A DNA stretch of 64,000 nucleotides from assembly GCA_039096225.1 (NCBI GenBank), contig JBBPEB010000029.1:186001-250000 (forward strand), written 5' to 3'. The notes under the pieces were generated by a model. It was not told the origin of the DNA, made no database searches, and worked only from the letters and a program-made list of their open reading frames with translations. Made by a program: the position numbers and the translations under genes. Shown here piece after piece: positions 29,560 through 40,740 of the stretch (within the stretch, counting starts at the first letter, position 1; every line of letters starts with the position of its first letter). Source of the DNA: Blastocystis sp. Blastoise. Taxonomy: Eukaryota > Protista > Bigyra: Opalinata.

Positions 29560-31678
29560 CTATTTCTATATATATTTGGTTTTCTTTTTGTCTATATTTG
29601 CCTTCTTTTCCATTTTATTCTTATTAATTTCTTTGTTATACTTTATATTTTTCTTATAGTCATCGTGTTGATTCGGGTAATTGTTACTACTATTAATACT
29701 ACTCAATATCACATTTCATTATATAATATACCTTTTTTCTTTAGTTCTTACTTATCATTCTCCTTACATTCTTCTTATCTTTCCTTTTTGTGTTCTCCTT
29801 CTATAATTACATCTTCTCTTCATTTCCACCTCTATATCTTAATCTTCTTGTTCTTCTTCATTTTCTTCTTATGTCATTACTTCCTTTTCATATCTTTCCA
29901 CTTCTACTTTTCTATTCGCTATTCCTTTTAATTCTTCATCTAGACGTTCTTTCTATATTCCTTTTTCTTTTATATATCCTTATTCCCCTTCTCCTTTTCT
30001 GTCTCCAATATTCTTTTCCTACTCGTTCTTCTTCATCTATTTATCCTTATGCTTCTATATCTTGTATATACCATTCTTTTGCTTCTCAATCTCAATCTCC
30101 TTCTCTCAATCTCTTCTGTATCTCTTCTTCTTCCTCTTCTTCTATATATCCTTATTCCCCTTCTATATCTTATATATATCTTTATTCTTCTTCTATATCT
30201 TATATATATCCTTCATCTTCTATATATCCTTCGTCTTTATATTCTTTTTCTCTCTATATATCCTTCGTATATATATTCTTTTTCTCTCTATATATCCTTC
30301 CTCTGCATTCCTTCTTCTATTTGCCATTATTCTTCTTATACATTTTATCTATATCATTCTCCTCCTATGTTTTCTATTTTTTCTATATATCCTTATTCTT
30401 ATCTTTCCTCTTCTATATATCGTTTTTCTTCTATATATCTTATTTTTGCTTCTTCTTCTATATATCTTTCTTCTTCTTCTATTTATTGTTCTTATTCTTC
30501 TGTATCCTCTATTTATCATTATTTTCCATAGTATTCTTCTACTGTATCTTCTTCTTGTCTCTTTCTTCTTCTTAAATATCTCCTTCTTCTCCTTCTTTTC
30601 TTCTATATCTTCAATATACCTTTCTTTATCTATATATTTTGATGTTCATTATTTCTCTATATATCTTTATTCTCCATATTCTTCCGTATCTTCTTCTTCT
30701 TTTTATGCTTCTCTTTATTCTCCTTCTATATATCTTTCTTTTCCTTCTTTTCCTTCTCAGTCTCCTTCTCTTCATTTTATCATTCTCTTTCTCTCTATCT
30801 CTATCTCTTTCTATTTCTATATCTTCTATATGTACTTTTTCTTCTTCTTCTTCTATATATCATTATTTTCCTCCTCCTCCTACTCTTCCTTCTTCTTTTA
30901 TCATCATTCTTCTACTTCTTCTATCATTTCCTTCTTCGATTTCGATATCTCTATATATCATTTTTCTCCTTCGTCTTCTCCTTCTTTACTCTTTATATTA
31001 TTCTAATTTTATTCCTTTTCATCTATTTCCTCTTTATCTCAATATTCTCTCGATTTATTACACATAATATCAATTATATATATATATATATATAATCTTT
31101 TATACTCTTTTTCTTTCATCATATACTATCTTTTTTTCCTACATTTACACTTGTACTTCCTATGTGTACTCTACTTATATTTTTATTTCCTTCTTAATTT
31201 ATTCTCCCTTGTTCTTCTTCTAACTCTCTTCTCTATCTGTTTTCTCTTCTTCTCCTATACATGACTTTTTATTATCCATCTATCTTTCTTTTCTTCTTAC
31301 CTTCTTATCTTATTTTTTACTCGCTTCCTATTCTTATTCTTCTTCTTTATATATATGCTTTTTATTCTCTATCCTATTAACTAACTCCTCCTTCTTCTTC
31401 TTCTCATTTACTTAATATTTTTCTTTTTCCTAATTTATTTTCCTATATTCTTCATATTCATGTTTTCATTTTTTTATATTCAATTCCTATCTTTTATCAT
31501 CTTATATCTATATATATACTTCTCTCCATATTTAAACTATTTCTATCTACTATACTAATTAATATAGTATTTATTTTTATTAATAAAAAGATTTTATCCT
31601 TTTTATTTCTTATTTATACTTATTATTTTATATGTTTCTTGTTTATATATTTAATTTATATATTAAAATAATTTTTTC

Positions 31679-31722
<44 letters not shown>

Positions 31723-33607
31723 GCAACAGTAATATGTATTCTATTTGATAAATATATATGAAAGAGATAAGTATATATTTATATATCTATATTATTGATT
31801 CATCTTTTTTAGATATATATATTAAATATTGTATTTTATTATTATTTATTATTACTCTTATGCTCTATAAGGTGAGAGGCTATCATAATTCGATAACAAT
31901 CAGGTTCAACTCCTGACATAAGTCATTCTATATATATATATATATATTTTTTTATTTAATAAACGTTTTAATTATATGTTCTTTTTACACTTATTAATGT
32001 ATTTATTAAATTATTTATAGCTCTTCATCCTTCAAAACTTCATAGTTTCTGAAATGAGTTGTAATCTGTTTTATTCTCAAAAGTGTAGCTTATTCAAAAT
32101 ATGTTTGAATTGAGTTAAATACAGTTTTAAAACTTAGATTCATTTTTTATTTTCAAAATATACTCAAATACAGAGTATATTCAGCAATCATTAATACTTT
32201 AACGACTGTAGTTTATTATTTTTAACTGAATTCTGGTCAGTATACTCAATACAAACAACTAAGTACAATACATACGTATTCATGATTTTTAAACAACATT
32301 TTCCATTTCGACATTTACTTGATCCATTATAAAACTATTTGTCCTTTTGATATAGTAAAGAAAAACGAATACCATATACCAAACAAAACGTTTTAACTTG
32401 AATCTCGTCATCTATTAAATATTTTTCTTAATCAATTCACAGTTCATACTCTTAAAACAGTTATTTAAGATTAATATTTATGTATTTGTCCTTATACAAT
32501 ATTTTCATGACACTGTAATAATATATATGAAAATTAAAAGAGTCAAGAAATCTGTTAATTATCAAAAAATAAGTTCTATTTACTAAAATCATATTTATAA
32601 GATTTATAAACTTATACCATATAAAAACATAGCTCTTATATAAAGTATTGGCTGAATTAGTTTATTTGTAAGTAAATTAAAAGTATGTTATATAACGTAA
32701 TTTTAGGTTACTCTTTTTAATCAGATTTATTTCATAGCTATTTATGGTTTATTTGTCTGTTAATCTTATTTTTTAAAACAATTACAGACAATTATATTAT
32801 GATCCTTGTCTATTAAGTTATTTTATTGAATTAATAGTATAAATAAAAGTTATATAACAAAATAAATGTATATATTGATTAAAATAAGGAATGAATATAA
32901 ATAAATAAAAATAGATAAAATTGCCAAAAAGCAAATTCTTAGAATTATATAGTACAATAGACGAACTTCTAATAGAAACTTAAAAATCGATTGATTGGAT
33001 CAAATAGTCAAATCCTAACGTCATAATATGAATTATTCTTTTCATTTTTTATTAATTTAAATTCTTGAAATACATCTAATAAACACGGTTATTATATAAA
33101 TTAATACGATTGGACAACGAAATCAAAATGTTAACAGAAATTTTTGGGTATTTCTAACAAATCATACAAAAAATTGGGTATGTATACAAATCAATAGGGA
33201 AATCTGGGTATTTCTAACATTTTTCCAAAGTAGTATGTATTAAAATAAAATACATGTATATTCTTGCTTTTTATGTAGATTAGAAATAACATCGATAATT
33301 CTTTTCATCTCATTCAGAACCGATTCACTTGTCAGACCAATTTGTTGCTCAAGTATTCTTCTATCATAGATATTATTATTGTCTAAACGGCTTGAGTATT
33401 TTTGATATCGTCTCTGATACTTCTAGGTATAATAAAATAGATTTTAACAAAATATACGTTTATCTTTTTGAATATATTCCTATTACTGCTTTTATCTAGT
33501 TTCTGCTTCGATGCTTTTGCTGATGTAATTTTGTTCAACACTGTATTTTTGCTTAAAATTAATTCATCTGATGATGAAGAAGAGGATGATGAATCAATAT
33601 CGCTCAT
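9314..33607 (-). CDS. CACTA accessory gene (~240 aa, TnpA-like position, function unknown) with the MULE inserted in intron 2
   Basis: Phase-compatible GT-AG exons 33607-33458, 33422-33254, 9782-9667 and 9601-9314 join into one open frame (MSDIDSS..KKIN|KYQRR..KQEYT-W-DPTLPISLFQK..NYII|NNFLTY..MNTYVS..). Divergent from the CACTA transposase. The 3' end may extend through further exons. Confidence 0.7.
10078..10222 (+). repeat. MULE left TIR: five copies of a TGTTAGAAATACCCA-type motif at ~30-bp spacing
   Basis: TACCCAA cores at 10094, 10124, 10153, 10184 and 10214. Confidence 0.9.
10737..14091 (+). CDS. MULE/MuDRA-type DDE transposase, 6 exons, apparently intact
   Basis: N-terminal MuDR/WRKY-like domain (KSEKGRIIYKC..CPF..WIMKRYCHH..C). 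Catalytic motifs FMDGTH, FFSDMDKGL, CAFH, AESFN. SWIM finger CSC..GYPCIH and SGRPSK tail. All five GT-AG introns splice in phase. Confidence 0.93.
14390..20740. repeat. 6.3 kb purine-rich (A/G on +, U/C-rich on -) low-complexity tract
   Basis: AGA/GAA/TAG/TAA micro-units with very little C on the + strand. Internal duplications near 16008/16061, 16326/18167, 17186/17246 and 19560-19630. Ends in (GAATGAA)n. Confidence 0.92.
20983..21379 (-). ncRNA. Putative spliced non-coding exons reading leftward into the U/C-rich tract
   Basis: GC-richer blocks 21379-21273 and 21044-20983 are bounded by TATAG acceptors and AAG|GTATA donors on the minus strand. All three frames contain stops. Confidence 0.35.
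21850..24960 (+). ncRNA. Putative multi-exon long non-coding transcript (unit 1), upstream of tRNA-like element 1
   Basis: More than 10 short exon-like blocks with host-style TAG acceptors and GT donors (e.g. 21850-21898, 21934-22042, 22088-22143). No continuous reading frame found. Confidence 0.4.
23183..23259. repeat. (TA)n microsatellite
   Basis: About 38 TA units. Confidence 0.95.
24961..25028 (+). ncRNA. Non-canonical tRNA-like cloverleaf 1 (68 nt)
   Basis: CCTTAGA|CTGA-ATATGG-TCAG|TAGCAATC-ATTAATA-GATTGCTA|TCAGG-TTCAATT-CCTGA|TCTAAGG. Four fully paired stems (7/4/8/5 bp), D-loop GG, TTCAA T-loop (B-box-like), no linker nucleotides. Confidence 0.8.
26578..29373. mobile_element. Non-autonomous TIR element (~2.8 kb) nested in the MULE; superfamily unresolved
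   Basis: ~46-bp TIR TAATATCTGTCAAACGCGTATYGTTTTTTTCTCAAACGCGTATTTT at both ends with one mismatch. The palindromic target (TA or ATAT) makes the TSD ambiguous. No intact ORF. Confidence 0.85.
29740..31450. repeat. 1.7 kb pyrimidine-rich (C/T on +) low-complexity tract
   Basis: TCT/CTT/TAT micro-units, compositionally the reverse complement of the 14.4-20.7 kb tract. Confidence 0.88.
31857..31922 (+). ncRNA. Non-canonical tRNA-like cloverleaf 2, homologue of element 1
   Basis: CTTATG|CTCT-ATAAGGTG-AGAG|GCTATC-ATAATTC-GATAAC|AA|TCAGG-TTCAACT-CCTGA|CATAAG. T-stem is identical to element 1, with compensatory changes in the other three stems. Confidence 0.75.
33140..33226 (-). repeat. MULE right TIR: three inverted motif copies at 30-bp spacing
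   Basis: TGGGTA cores at 33145, 33175 and 33205; TGGGTATTTCTAACA occurs twice. Confidence 0.9.
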
Positions 33608-33782
33608 AGAGTTGGCTATAGAGAAATAGTAACGAAATATAGATCCTGAATTGTATGTATAAACGTATATACAAATAAAATCTTAATTTTTGTTTTCTAT
33701 GGTTATTTTTAAAATATTTATTTTTAGATTTTCTAGGATATACGGTATTGATCACTATTGTTTGTAAAAGAAAATTAAAATC

Positions 33783-36700
33783 ATGCGTCCTTCTAAGCTA
33801 ACAATCAGAGAGAAAAGATCAAATAAAAAAAGTCACAAACATATTCAAAATGGATCAACAAGAATTGATACGATATCAAATGATAACGAAATATTACAAA
33901 TAGATGATATATTATTTACGGAAACTTGTCAGATTTCAGAAGGTATATATTTATATTGACTCATGATTATCTTCTTTTTATATAGATAGTTATATAAATT
34001 GTTTATTGAATTCCATTGAACAAAAACAAAATGTATATACATTCATATTTGTTGATAAATAAACTATTTAGAATGATGAAGTTCAAAATGATAGCAAAAA
34101 TAAGAGGTTTTTCATACGATTAATGAATCTTATTCATGAGAATTCAATGACAGAATCACAAATAGAAAACATGATTTTGTTTCTTAAAGAATGTCAAGAA
34201 GATGGTATAATCAATTTAAATAATATTACTTTGGAAGAAAATGGTAAAAAAATGTTAAGAAAAATGAAAAGAAAATACATGGATAATTATAAAAATAGAG
34301 CTACACTGTTTATATGTCAAAAATGCCAAAAGGTTATTCAATTCGATATTGGCCATCTTGAGCCGCGCTTATCTAAGGAATACAACAAGTGTTTATGTGG
34401 AACAGGTATATAAATATATATCTTTTTTATTTTTTTAATATAATAAATAATAAAGCAATTGTTATTAGCTTTTATATATAATTATTCAATATTATATTCT
34501 TTAGTTAATATTCAACACTATATATAGATAGTACTATTCAGAAAGTAATTATGTATCCACTGTGTTATAGAATTATTTCATTATTATCAGACGAAAAACA
34601 AATGCAAGAATTATCTTTCATAAAATCTACAGAAATATTGTCCTACCTAGAAACAAAAAGAATCCCTAATAATCATCATATCAATCCCTTATTTTATTCG
34701 GAACTTTTTTCTTCTTATGTTTCACCTATTTTAAAAACATGTGACTATGTTTTTACTTTTACCATGTCTGTTGATGGTGTAGCTCTCTATAATCACTCAA
34801 AAAATCCAGAAAATAAATCCACAACTCCTATATCGTTATTACTGTTAAATAATTCCTTAGAACAATGTTTAGATTCTAAAAGTCATTACTTTTATTCTGT
34901 TACTCAATCAGCTATTAATGAAGTTATTATGGAGTATTTACTCAAGGAATTCAAGTATCTTTACGAGAATGGTATTAAATTCTATGATAAAAATCAAAAT
35001 AAATATGTCACTGCTAAAGCCATCCTATTATGTAGTTGCTGCGATTTTCCTGAAGCTGCAAAACAAATTCATATGAATAATCAAGTAGGCAGTTTCTTCT
35101 GCAGATATTGTAAAGTAAGAAAGGAGGCAAGAACAAAGAATGGAATCAAAACATGTTTTTCTTCAGTTAATTCAGATAAAAGATCGTTTATGGTTAATAA
35201 ATCTCTTCCTATAATGTATTCATGTTCAAAAGAAGAAAAGAAACTTTCCAAAGAATCGTTATCTTCTAATATCAAGATTATATTAGATAAGCCAATTACT
35301 ATAAAAAAGGAATATGTACAACCAGATTTTTTCGATTCAATTGATATTGAAATAAGAAATGAAATAGACATAAAAAAAGATAGAAACATTGGTTCCTTTG
35401 GTCTGTCTCCAGTTGAGTCATTATATGAAAAGTATCTGAGCTACTATAGTATATTCAATAGTATGCCGTTAGACTGGATGCATTTATATGGTAATATTTG
35501 TGATACTTTAATTCAGATACTATTCCATCATAAGAAAGTAGTTGATAACAAAATCATAATGGATTCATTAGTTAAATTTTATAAAATTAAATCTGGTTTA
35601 ACTAAACAAGAAATATATAATAGTATTCCTCTATTTCTAAATGAAAATATTCTTTCTACGATGTATAATATAATTGGTAAAATAAATAGAATCAAAAAAT
35701 CTCCTATTGGATCGTATTCATATATGATCAATGAAATAGATTACTATTCATCTTCTATTTATAATAGAATATTTTTTTTCTGTAAAGTAATACCTCTGTT
35801 ATTAGAAGGATACTCTGAAAATGATTGTCTTCTTATTCCAGTTGTTTTCTTTTTGGCTTCTTTTATTAACAAAACACTTACAATACGTACAGAATACACA
35901 CAAGAAGAAATTAATATATTGAAAATGGAGGCAACAAAAATAGTCTTATATCTCGAGGTAACTCTTCCCTCAATACTCTTTAATACACAATTGCATTCTT
36001 TACTTCATATTCCACAGAATATTCAGAATTTAGGCAGTCTTAGATTATATTCTACATCCTCGTATGAACGTTCATATTCTATGATGAGGAGATTTCTTTT
36101 AAATAGAAGATATACTTGCACATCATTAATGAACAAATTAATTCTTTCAGAATTTGCATACCAACACAAGTCTGTAACCAATTTAACAAAACGAAATCAG
36201 AATAATAAAAATGCAAACTTTTCATTAGAATGGAAATATAATCTTCATAAGACGATGGTTATTAGTGAAGATGATATCAAAGTAATTTATGGATTTTGTT
36301 TAGAGAATCAAATAATGAATCTTCCGTTTTGTAACAACGATTTTAATATAAATACCAAAGAAAAAAGTAATCTACTTATAAGAAAACAAATATTTATGAT
36401 GCTAAAGAATGTATATAATACAAATGTTTTTATTGAATCTTCATTTAAGCCAGAAGTAATGAAAATTGACTGTAGTTTTCTTTGTTTTTATGAAAAAGGG
36501 AATATTAGATCTTCAGAAGCAATTTCAGTTTTACAAGTCCAGGAAATAATAAAGGTATGCGATAGTTTATTTATTATAGGTAAACACTTCAAAAATTTCA
36601 TGTTCTCTTGCAATAAATTATATGGAGTAATAACTAATCCGAATGATTTTGAATTAGATTATGTTATACCAATTGAATGGGTCATTCAATCAAATCTTTT

Positions 36701-36785
36701 AGTTGTTGATGATGCTGTTTATGTATATATATATTATGAATACTTAATTTTTATATATTTCCAAAATTTTTATTCTCTTTACTAA
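33783..36785 (+). CDS. CACTA/EnSpm transposase (TnpD-like, Transposase_21/DUF4218-type), multi-exon; may continue in small exons to ~37450
   Basis: In-phase exons from ATG 33783. Motifs CQKC..CLCG, YPLCYRI, MSVDG (D), CCDFPE (D), FCRYC, PLDWMHLYGN, QLHSLLHIP, LGS..SYER (E). Confidence 0.9.
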
Positions 36786-38174
36786 ATTGTTTATTTATAT
36801 TTATATCATTAAATTATTTATTTATATTTATGAATATATATATATTTAAGTTTTTAGTCTCTTATTGATTTATTCTAATCTTATTAAAAATTTATGGTAT
36901 TCATAAATATTTTTGTATATATACATTTTTAAATAGTATTATTACAATATATATATTGATTAAAATTTATATATTATGTTCGTTTTTTTCAATAGTTTTC
37001 CTTTTAATACAAAAAATTATTTCTTTCTTTTTATATATAGGAGGATAATGAAGCTGCAAGCTATATATGTAGAACAATTGTAATATTCAATGATTTTATA
37101 ACAATTGTATGCAATAATTATCATCTTTGGTTATCTTATCTTATATCTCAATAGGATTAATACATTCATTTTTTTTCAAGTATTTTATATTACTATTCAT
37201 ATGCTAGTCTAATTATTCTCTAATAGAGATTTGCATCATTCAGAAAAATAGTATTTCTTACATATTATATATAATCATAATTCTATAATTATTGTATAGT
37301 ATACTCCAAAAATCTAAAATCTATGTGTATTCTCAAAAGTGATTAACTATTCATACTTTTATTCATTTCTTTTATAAATTTTCTTCCAAAAATGGATCTA
37401 ATTCTTCTAATAGTTGTATATCAAATATGGCGTTATTTACAAATCATGTAAATATATATAAAATATATGTTATTTATTTATATTATACTATAATACTTGA
37501 TATTTGACTAAAGAATTATATCAAATAGTATCAAATGTATTTATTAGTATTGTATTCAATTATATATTTTTCATTATTTATTTTATGTTATTCTATTACA
37601 AAAATTTTCTTAATGTATTATTACTTTCTTTTTATATATTCCTATTCATTTTTTTCCCCACGTTTATGAGATATCTCTATTGCTCATATGAGATATATGA
37701 CATTTACGTTTTGATCATCCTAAAAAACATTATTCTTTCATATATTAATATTATTTTTATTCATCATTATTTACTTATATTATTGTTTGTATATAGGCGA
37801 TTATTTTTTGTTAATAGATATTGTTGCTTGTTTTCATGTCTTATTATTGTATAAAATCTTAAAGCCTCACCTTCTCGTATTTCTTTATTCTTTTATTATA
37901 CAAGAATCGAAAATCACCTTTTAAACTGATTTATATATATCCTGGTAATTATATTATTTTTATTTATTTTTTATTGAGCCTTTTTTAATAGTATATACGT
38001 CAAATAATAGATATTAGCAGTGTTGTTATATTTCTTTAACCTATTACTAATCTCTTTATATATATAGTTTTAGTTAATCAAAACATTGTCTTCCATTTCA
38101 ACATTATTTTCATCATACTCTAATTTATCAAAAAATGACTATTTATTTGTGAATTTATAAAGAAATACAATATT

Positions 38175-38488
38175 TTATTTATATTTTATATTTTTTTATC
38201 TATTATATGTTTTTCTATTACCACATTTTTATTTATATTTTATATTTTTTTATCTATGATATGTTTTTCTATTACCACATTTTTATTTATATTTTATATT
38301 TTTTTATCTATGATATGTTTTTCTATTACCACATTTTTATTTATATTTTATATTTTTTTATCTATGATATGTTTTTCTATTACCACATTTTTATTTATAT
38401 TTTATATTTTTTTATCTATGATATGTTTTTCTATTACCACATTTTTATTTATATTTTATATTTTTTTATCTATTACATGTTTTTCTTA
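38175..38488. repeat. 54-bp minisatellite, ~5.7 near-identical copies
   Basis: Unit TATGTTTTTCTATTACCACATTTTTATTTATATTTTATATTTTTTTATCTATGA. Confidence 0.95.
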
Positions 38489-38833
38489 TTATAAAAATGT
38501 TATATTTTGGGATACATTTTTCTATATGATTATGCTATCATTTATGTTTACAAGATATTACAATTTATTAGTATTTCTTCTTTACCAAATAATCAGACTT
38601 TTTAATCGTAATATATTTTGTTTTATTGATATACATCACTATTTCTTTGTTATTGTATTGATTTTTTAGATAATTAATCTTTTCGTATTTTATAGTTTTC
38701 TGATTCAAAAATTTTCCTTTCTCTTCTCATTCTTTTACGATATCTATTCAACTTCTTCAAATAATTATTGAAAGTATTCATTTTATTATTCTTTTATTTG
38801 GATACGATAATTGGTATATATATATATATATAG

Positions 38834-40026
38834 GTAGTATGTTAGATTGTGACCGTTGTCATCGTTGGTTTCATTGTGTGTGCGTTGGTTTAGATCCCTC
38901 TCTGTACACGTACTCGTCCATTCAAGATAAGCCGTGGTACTGCGAAGATTGTAAGATGGCTCTACAAGTATATATATATATATATAGATGGAGAATCGTG
39001 TGGAATGGAATCAATCGGATAACCAACAGGAAGGTATATATTTATTAATAATAATAATAATATATAGATATTCCTCCATCACGTGATCAGAAACAGCTTC
39101 TCCTCAATCACGTGACTTTTCTATTACTTTCAAGTTCTAAGAATTCCCAACAACCACAATCATCGAATTCCCTTGATAATTATACTCTTCCTTATTTAAA
39201 TATGAATAATCTCCATGGGAATGAAGAAAACAATGATATTTCATTATATCAATTTAATACATTTTATCATGCTCGACAAGTATATATATATATTAATTAT
39301 ATTCTTATTATTTCTAGTTCTATATATATACATGGCTCTCTCAAAAGCATACATGGGTTAAGAAACAAGAGCTAGTCCCGCGGTTATTTAAGAAACATAA
39401 AGTAAATTATATATATCTTTATGGAAATCTTCATTCATATATATATATATATATATAGATGCCTCTTCCCTCTCTTCCTTCCTTGTCTTCTCTCACTCTC
39501 TCTATTCTCTTTCTTTCTCCTCTATTCACATCACTCCCTCTCTATCTTAATAAACTCGTCGAATGTTCACAGTCCCACGGGATTCGAACACAAGCTGCCA
39601 TTTATACAGCTATAACCACGATTATTGAGTATAATCCTCAGGTTATTCGATATAAACCTGTGCTGGATATTCTGTGCAAAGGAATGAAAAGCCGATCTAT
39701 TATGATTCAAGAGAAAACGCTTCATGTGCTCTACACGTGCTCTAAGAAGGATCTTAAATATATATCTCTTTATCTGACTATTCTTCAATCTGCTATTTAA
39801 GATGACGGAGTCAGTGTACAAAAAGTCAGTTGCAAAATGTTAAATGAAATCCTCACCTATTGTGAAACAATGGAACACAAAGATAGTGTATTCTCCCTAT
39901 GTGTCTCTCGTTTATATAAAGAAACTGATGAGGTATGTGTCACTCTTTTGAACAACCTGATGATGTATATATATATATATATATATATTTCTATCTCTCT
40001 ATATATCTACTATCTATTTCTATATA

Positions 40027-40068
<42 letters not shown>

Positions 40069-40705
40069 CTTTATATAGTTGGTCACGTTATTAGGAAAAT
40101 ATTTACACATTATTTATCCTAAGAATACTCTAGAGGCACAATTCAACCAGGTCTCCAGTATTCTTAAATTGTGTTGTGAACAAAATCAAGATTTGAAAAT
40201 CTCATTGGGAAAAATGTTGGCATACGTTGTGGGGACTGGGGTATCATGTATTCTTGAAATAGAAGACAAACAGGAACAAGGAATACAATTAGTATTATAT
40301 ATATTAATAATAATAATTCTTCTATCATCTTAAATATATAGTGTTATTGCTTATTATTATTAGTAGTAGTTACTCCCTCTTCTCCTTCTTCTCTTCTTCC
40401 TTCTCTCCCCCTCCTTCATTCCTATCTCACCAACGATATCTGTGTCTCACCCGTGGAACAAGAGAGTATCCGAGACGTTCTTCAAGACATTATACAAAAG
40501 GTATATATATATATATAGAATAGTATAGTATTTATATATGAATCTATGAAATGTATATTGTTTATGATATTATATATATAGTTAGTTAAAAAGGAATGGT
40601 CAAGTTCCCTTTGTTCCTCGATCTGCTCTTCTCTCTATTCTATTATAGGCACGTGCCCTCAAATCAAACTAATCGATAAAACTGTCTCTACACTAGTCAC
40701 TATTG

Positions 40706-40740
<35 letters not shown>

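Larger units (their letters stand above)
26034..31856 (+). ncRNA. Putative spliced non-coding transcript (unit 2), interrupted by the TIR element and ending at tRNA-like element 2
   Basis: Exon-like blocks 26034-26090 (TATAG acceptor, GTATG donor), ~26125-26415 and ~26480 onward with no ORF, then the C/T-rich tract, then cloverleaf 2. Confidence 0.33.
10078..33226 (+). mobile_element. Giant Mutator-like element (MULE), 23,149 bp
   Basis: Perfect 9-bp TSD AAAGTAGTA at 10069-10077 and 33227-33235. Ends read GAGGCATTGTTAGAAATACCCA and (reverse complement) GGAAAAATGTTAGAAATACCCA. A MULE transposase lies inside. Confidence 0.93.

Noticed and set aside
29665-31067. Overlapping hydrophobic ORFs of 88-314 aa
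   Set aside because: Same low-complexity artefact.
35081-35389. 102-aa minus-strand ORF
   Set aside because: Antisense shadow of the CACTA transposase.
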